In this document: in pieces, positions 38,074-41,138 of the stretch
Position numbering within the stretch: the first letter of the stretch is position 1
Layout: each line of letters opens with the position of its first letter
Assembly (NCBI GenBank): GCA_033178465.1
Contig: GCA_033178465.1_4726.2
DNA: 41,138 nt
Direction: 5' to 3' (one strand)
Source: a phage
The notes under the pieces: generated by a model
What the model saw: only the letters and a program-made list of their open reading frames with translations
What the model was told of the DNA's origin: nothing
The model's database searches: none
Made by a program: the position numbers and the translations under genes

Positions 38074-38274
38074 TTAACGACCATCCAATTTCAATGAAGG
38101 ATGGTTGACGATATGTGCGTGTTTTGCTGGGTCATATAGCTGATATGGAAAATAGCCATGCCATTGACGGCCTTGGCATTTCGTACACAGGAACTGACCA
38201 ACACCTTGTCGATTCTCGTAAGCGAGTTCGGTACTATCAACATGTCCGCAACGTTCGCAGATAAACAGCGACAT
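38074..38274 (-). CDS. small zinc-ribbon protein
   Basis: 66-aa ORF with two CxxC pairs (CERCGH ... CTKCQG). Confidence 0.45.
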   Translation of the reverse strand: MSLFICERCGHVDSTELAYENRQGVGQFLCTKCQGRQWHGYFPYQLYDPAKHAHIVNHPSLKLDGR

Positions 38275-38311
38275 AGCGCATCCCCATTCACTTGAACCTT
38301 TTGGTTCGGCA

Positions 38312-39292
38312 TTAGAAAAGCAAGAAACCGCTATTCTTCGCTTCCGCTACAGTTTCGTCACCAACTTTCGGTGCTTGTTGACGCGCGTTACGATGTTCGA
38401 TGTAACGTTTCGCTTCGTCAGCGATTTGTTTGATAATACCCCCTAAACGATCGGTACTTAAAACAAACGACGTCGCTTCACGAATTGGGCTGCTTTCAGG
38501 CACAAAACCATCGCAGCTGTAAATAGCGCTAACGCCCATGACTTTTGTCGCGTCTTTCGGATAAAGCGTACAGAAAGCAATCGGGCTATCGTTCTCTTTC
38601 GTCCAATCGTATCCCATGAACGTATTCAGTTCGGTGATCGTTGGTTCCAAACCGGTAACACGTGGATGGTTTAAGAAGTTTTCCAGGTCGGCGCTGTCAA
38701 GACGACGGTTCTCGCCAGAAAACAGAACACAAAGCTGGCTGATAACAACCTGCACGTCCAGGTTGACATCCTGCTCCGATTTCCCATTTTCGCCATTCAT
38801 GTGATAGCTAACAATCACTGGACGTTTCAACCCTTCTGCAGCCGCCATCAGTCCTTTGAAGGTGCGATCGGCGTTGATCGTCTGGCGCTCATCATCGAAC
38901 GAGGCAACGATACAACACACCACACGTTCACCGCGTTCCAGCAGGTTAGCAACCAACGCAGGACCGGCAACAGAACCTGAACCACCGCTCAAACTAAAGA
39001 CCACGATATTAAATTTACCTGGCGTATGCTTATTGAGAATACCTGGGATTTGCGAGCAGATCAGCTCAGCGTTCTCGTCACGCTTCTTACCAGAACCGTC
39101 TAACTCACGACCAGCTGCATCTTTAAAGATGTAAATATGATCGTCGCCCAGTGTGCTATCGCGTAGGTTAGCGCGGCTGGTATCAACATACGTCATGCTG
39201 TGTAATCCTTTCGCGACTTCGCCTTCAAATGCTGAGCCGATTTCGCCACCACAACCACCGACAGCCCAAATATGTACTTGGTTCTCTTGCAT
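38312..39292 (-). CDS. phuZ: tubulin/FtsZ-like GTPase, PhuZ homolog
   Basis: 326 aa. N-terminal nucleotide-binding glycine motif HIWAVGGCGGEIG and tubulin signature-like FSLSGGSGSVAGP; overall pattern resembles the PhuZ sequence as I recall it; AGGAG Shine-Dalgarno. Confidence 0.75.
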   Translation of the reverse strand: MQENQVHIWAVGGCGGEIGSAFEGEVAKGLHSMTYVDTSRANLRDSTLGDDHIYIFKDAAGRELDGSGKKRDENAELICSQIPGILNKHTPGKFNIVVFSLSGGSGSVAGPALVANLLERGERVVCCIVASFDDERQTINADRTFKGLMAAAEGLKRPVIVSYHMNGENGKSEQDVNLDVQVVISQLCVLFSGENRRLDSADLENFLNHPRVTGLEPTITELNTFMGYDWTKENDSPIAFCTLYPKDATKVMGVSAIYSCDGFVPESSPIREATSFVLSTDRLGGIIKQIADEAKRYIEHRNARQQAPKVGDETVAEAKNSGFLLF

Positions 39293-39356
39293 GTGAACTC
39301 CTAATTTAATATGTATTTAACGCACAATGAATCTTTCTTTGCTAAAGGGGTGACCC

Positions 39357-40199
39357 ATGGGTGCTATTGACTACAGTGTAGATCGTATCTGTCGTACAAT
39401 ACCGGCAGATATCCTACAGTATTGCTATATCGATCGTTACGACTGGCGTAATCGCTATCCTCGTTCCGTAGAAGACATCATTACCGATTGGGTAATCCGT
39501 AAACGGGTTATCGGCGACATCGATATCTACGGGGGACTACAAACCGTTATCCCCCTTGATGATGCCGGTGTCACTATCGAGGAAGTCACCATTAACTGTT
39601 ATGTTTTCCACATCCCGTTGGAAGCCACGCAGGGACGTTATATCACGTCTGCATTATCCATTATTTCAGGGAGCGTGAACAACTACGGAATAAACTATAA
39701 CGGGCAATGGGGTGCTTTCAACCAAACCCAGTTTCAACGTCAGCTTTGTGGGTGGAACCCCGCAAGCAACACGTTACAGCAAGGGATGAACGCGTTCGGT
39801 CCCATGAACGTTCTTAGTACAGCCAACGTTGATATCATCGCCCCTAACACCATCATGGTGAACAACGTCACGCCTGTACAATTTCCCCTGAGCCTACGCT
39901 GTTTCCTTGCCCACGATCCGGAACTTACCAACCTCAGCATGGAGGTTTGGAACGACTTCTACAAACTCTGTTTATACGCCACACAAAGTGACATCTACAA
40001 TAGAACCGTTATCCGTCTCGATAGAGGTGTTACAGCACAAGGACAAGAAGTCGGTGCATTCAAGGAATACATCGATCGCTTTGCCGATGCTGAAAACACA
40101 TATCAGGAATTCCTGAACGAAACGTGGGCTGGCGTTGCTGCCTGGAACGATCCACAAACTAAACGTCGCGCCATTCGACTACAAACCGGTTACTTCTGA
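39357..40199 (+). CDS. hypothetical protein (plus strand)
   Basis: 280-aa ORF with AAGGGG upstream of the ATG, ending at a terminator hairpin. Confidence 0.55.
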   Translation: MGAIDYSVDRICRTIPADILQYCYIDRYDWRNRYPRSVEDIITDWVIRKRVIGDIDIYGGLQTVIPLDDAGVTIEEVTINCYVFHIPLEATQGRYITSALSIISGSVNNYGINYNGQWGAFNQTQFQRQLCGWNPASNTLQQGMNAFGPMNVLSTANVDIIAPNTIMVNNVTPVQFPLSLRCFLAHDPELTNLSMEVWNDFYKLCLYATQSDIYNRTVIRLDRGVTAQGQEVGAFKEYIDRFADAENTYQEFLNETWAGVAAWNDPQTKRRAIRLQTGYF

Positions 40200-40726
40200 T
40201 TAACGACAGCTTCCTCCCTCGGAGTTTTCGAGGGAGGTATTTGCCGTTTGAACACTTTCAGCATGTTCGCAAAATCAGCAGCAATAATACAGGCCGAGGT
40301 TGACAGCTTATTGCTGAAAATGAGATCGTCCGGTAAACAATCGAACTGAATACCGTATTGCGTCTTTGTCTCATCAACGATCAATGATGGTGTCGATCTT
40401 GTCTTCGCGATGTCGGTGATATACAAACGTAAAAATAATTCACCGTCTTCGCTATCCATAAAACGATAAGCGTTACCAGAAAACGCAGCATGCGGCGTAA
40501 CGATAAATTGAACACGGTCGTCGGTCGGATGGATATTTAACCAACGTTCGATATCACTGCTACTCACATTTTGCATATTTACTACGGTAAAAGCAAATAG
40601 CGTATCGTGATGTTTGGAATAATGCAGCACATACGCCGCATCTTTCTTTTTGTGAATCCCTTCAATGTATTCTATTGTCGTATAGCCGGATTTATATAGC
40701 TTTACTTGCGGTTTATCACTCATCAT
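40190..40726 (-). CDS. hypothetical protein
   Basis: ORF 40190..40807; ATG at 40726 overlaps the upstream gene's stop (ATGA). Confidence 0.5.
   Translation of the reverse strand: MMSDKPQVKLYKSGYTTIEYIEGIHKKKDAAYVLHYSKHHDTLFAFTVVNMQNVSSSDIERWLNIHPTDDRVQFIVTPHAAFSGNAYRFMDSEDGELFLRLYITDIAKTRSTPSLIVDETKTQYGIQFDCLPDDLIFSNKLSTSACIIAADFANMLKVFKRQIPPSKTPREEAVVNQK
40213..40237 (+). terminator. terminator hairpin (CCTCCCTCG-loop-CGAGGGAGG, then T-rich tract)
   Basis: Follows the 39357..40199 stop; the hairpin sequence lies inside the 3' coding end of the convergent minus-strand gene 40190..40726. Confidence 0.45.
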
Positions 40727-41022
40727 AACAACCCTTCCCGTTTCATCGCAGCACGCATACTTGCGTAAAGCGCATTCTTCATCGCACCTGGACGCAACGG
40801 ATAACAAATCTCATATCGACGTCCTTGTTTTACAGCAATTTTCCTTCCATTCAGAAACAACGTGCCATTATCCAGCAACAACTCACCTTGTAGTATCATG
40901 AGTCCTGCTTTAACATGACGTCCTTCTTCTTTCGTTAAGACCTTATAGCCGTGTTTATCCAATAACCACAATTCGTAGATACCATGCGCAGCCTTCGGCA
41001 TTACTTTCTTCTTCGTCGTCAT
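40723..41022 (-). CDS. hypothetical protein
   Basis: 99-aa ORF with AAGGAGGA Shine-Dalgarno. Confidence 0.55.
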   Translation of the reverse strand: MTTKKKVMPKAAHGIYELWLLDKHGYKVLTKEEGRHVKAGLMILQGELLLDNGTLFLNGRKIAVKQGRRYEICYPLRPGAMKNALYASMRAAMKREGLL

Positions 41023-41138
41023 GGAAGATCCTCCTTAAACTCCTTGTCGGATCATCACCAACCGGAGCATGTTGTATTCCAATGTAGCGCTTTCTAATTC
41101 GAATTCATATCGATACCAGAAATTCGGCTCTAATTGAC

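Noticed and set aside
1-41138. CRISPR arrays, tRNA genes, integrase, transposase or inverted terminal repeats
   Set aside because: No regularly spaced direct repeats, no tRNA-like T-arm/acceptor pattern recognisable by eye, and no ORF with recombinase or transposase motifs.

Overview
This window reads as a gene-dense segment of a nucleus-forming jumbo phage genome (phiKZ-like / Chimalliviridae), with most genes on the minus strand. Everything here is from reading the sequence and ORF track by eye; no searches were run, and family assignments rest on remembered motifs. The main components are: (1) a tubulin/FtsZ-like PhuZ homolog and a 631-aa early protein that I interpret as the phage-nucleus shell protein chimallin; (2) pieces of a split multisubunit RNA polymerase (beta' N-terminal, beta' C-terminal and beta C-terminal subunits); (3) three tandem ORF-less group I intron cores that interrupt the beta' N-terminal gene and appear to split the catalytic NADFDGD motif across micro-exons of about 22 and 10 nt; (4) two SF2 helicases, an SbcD/Mre11-like nuclease, an HD-domain hydrolase and an SSB-like protein; (5) a conserved ~25-bp early-promoter motif containing TATATTAC in three copies; and (6) a family of CCCTCC/GGGAGG terminator hairpins at gene ends. 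No CRISPR array, tRNA, integrase or transposase was seen. Exact splice junctions and several gene starts are inferences that need experimental or computational confirmation.
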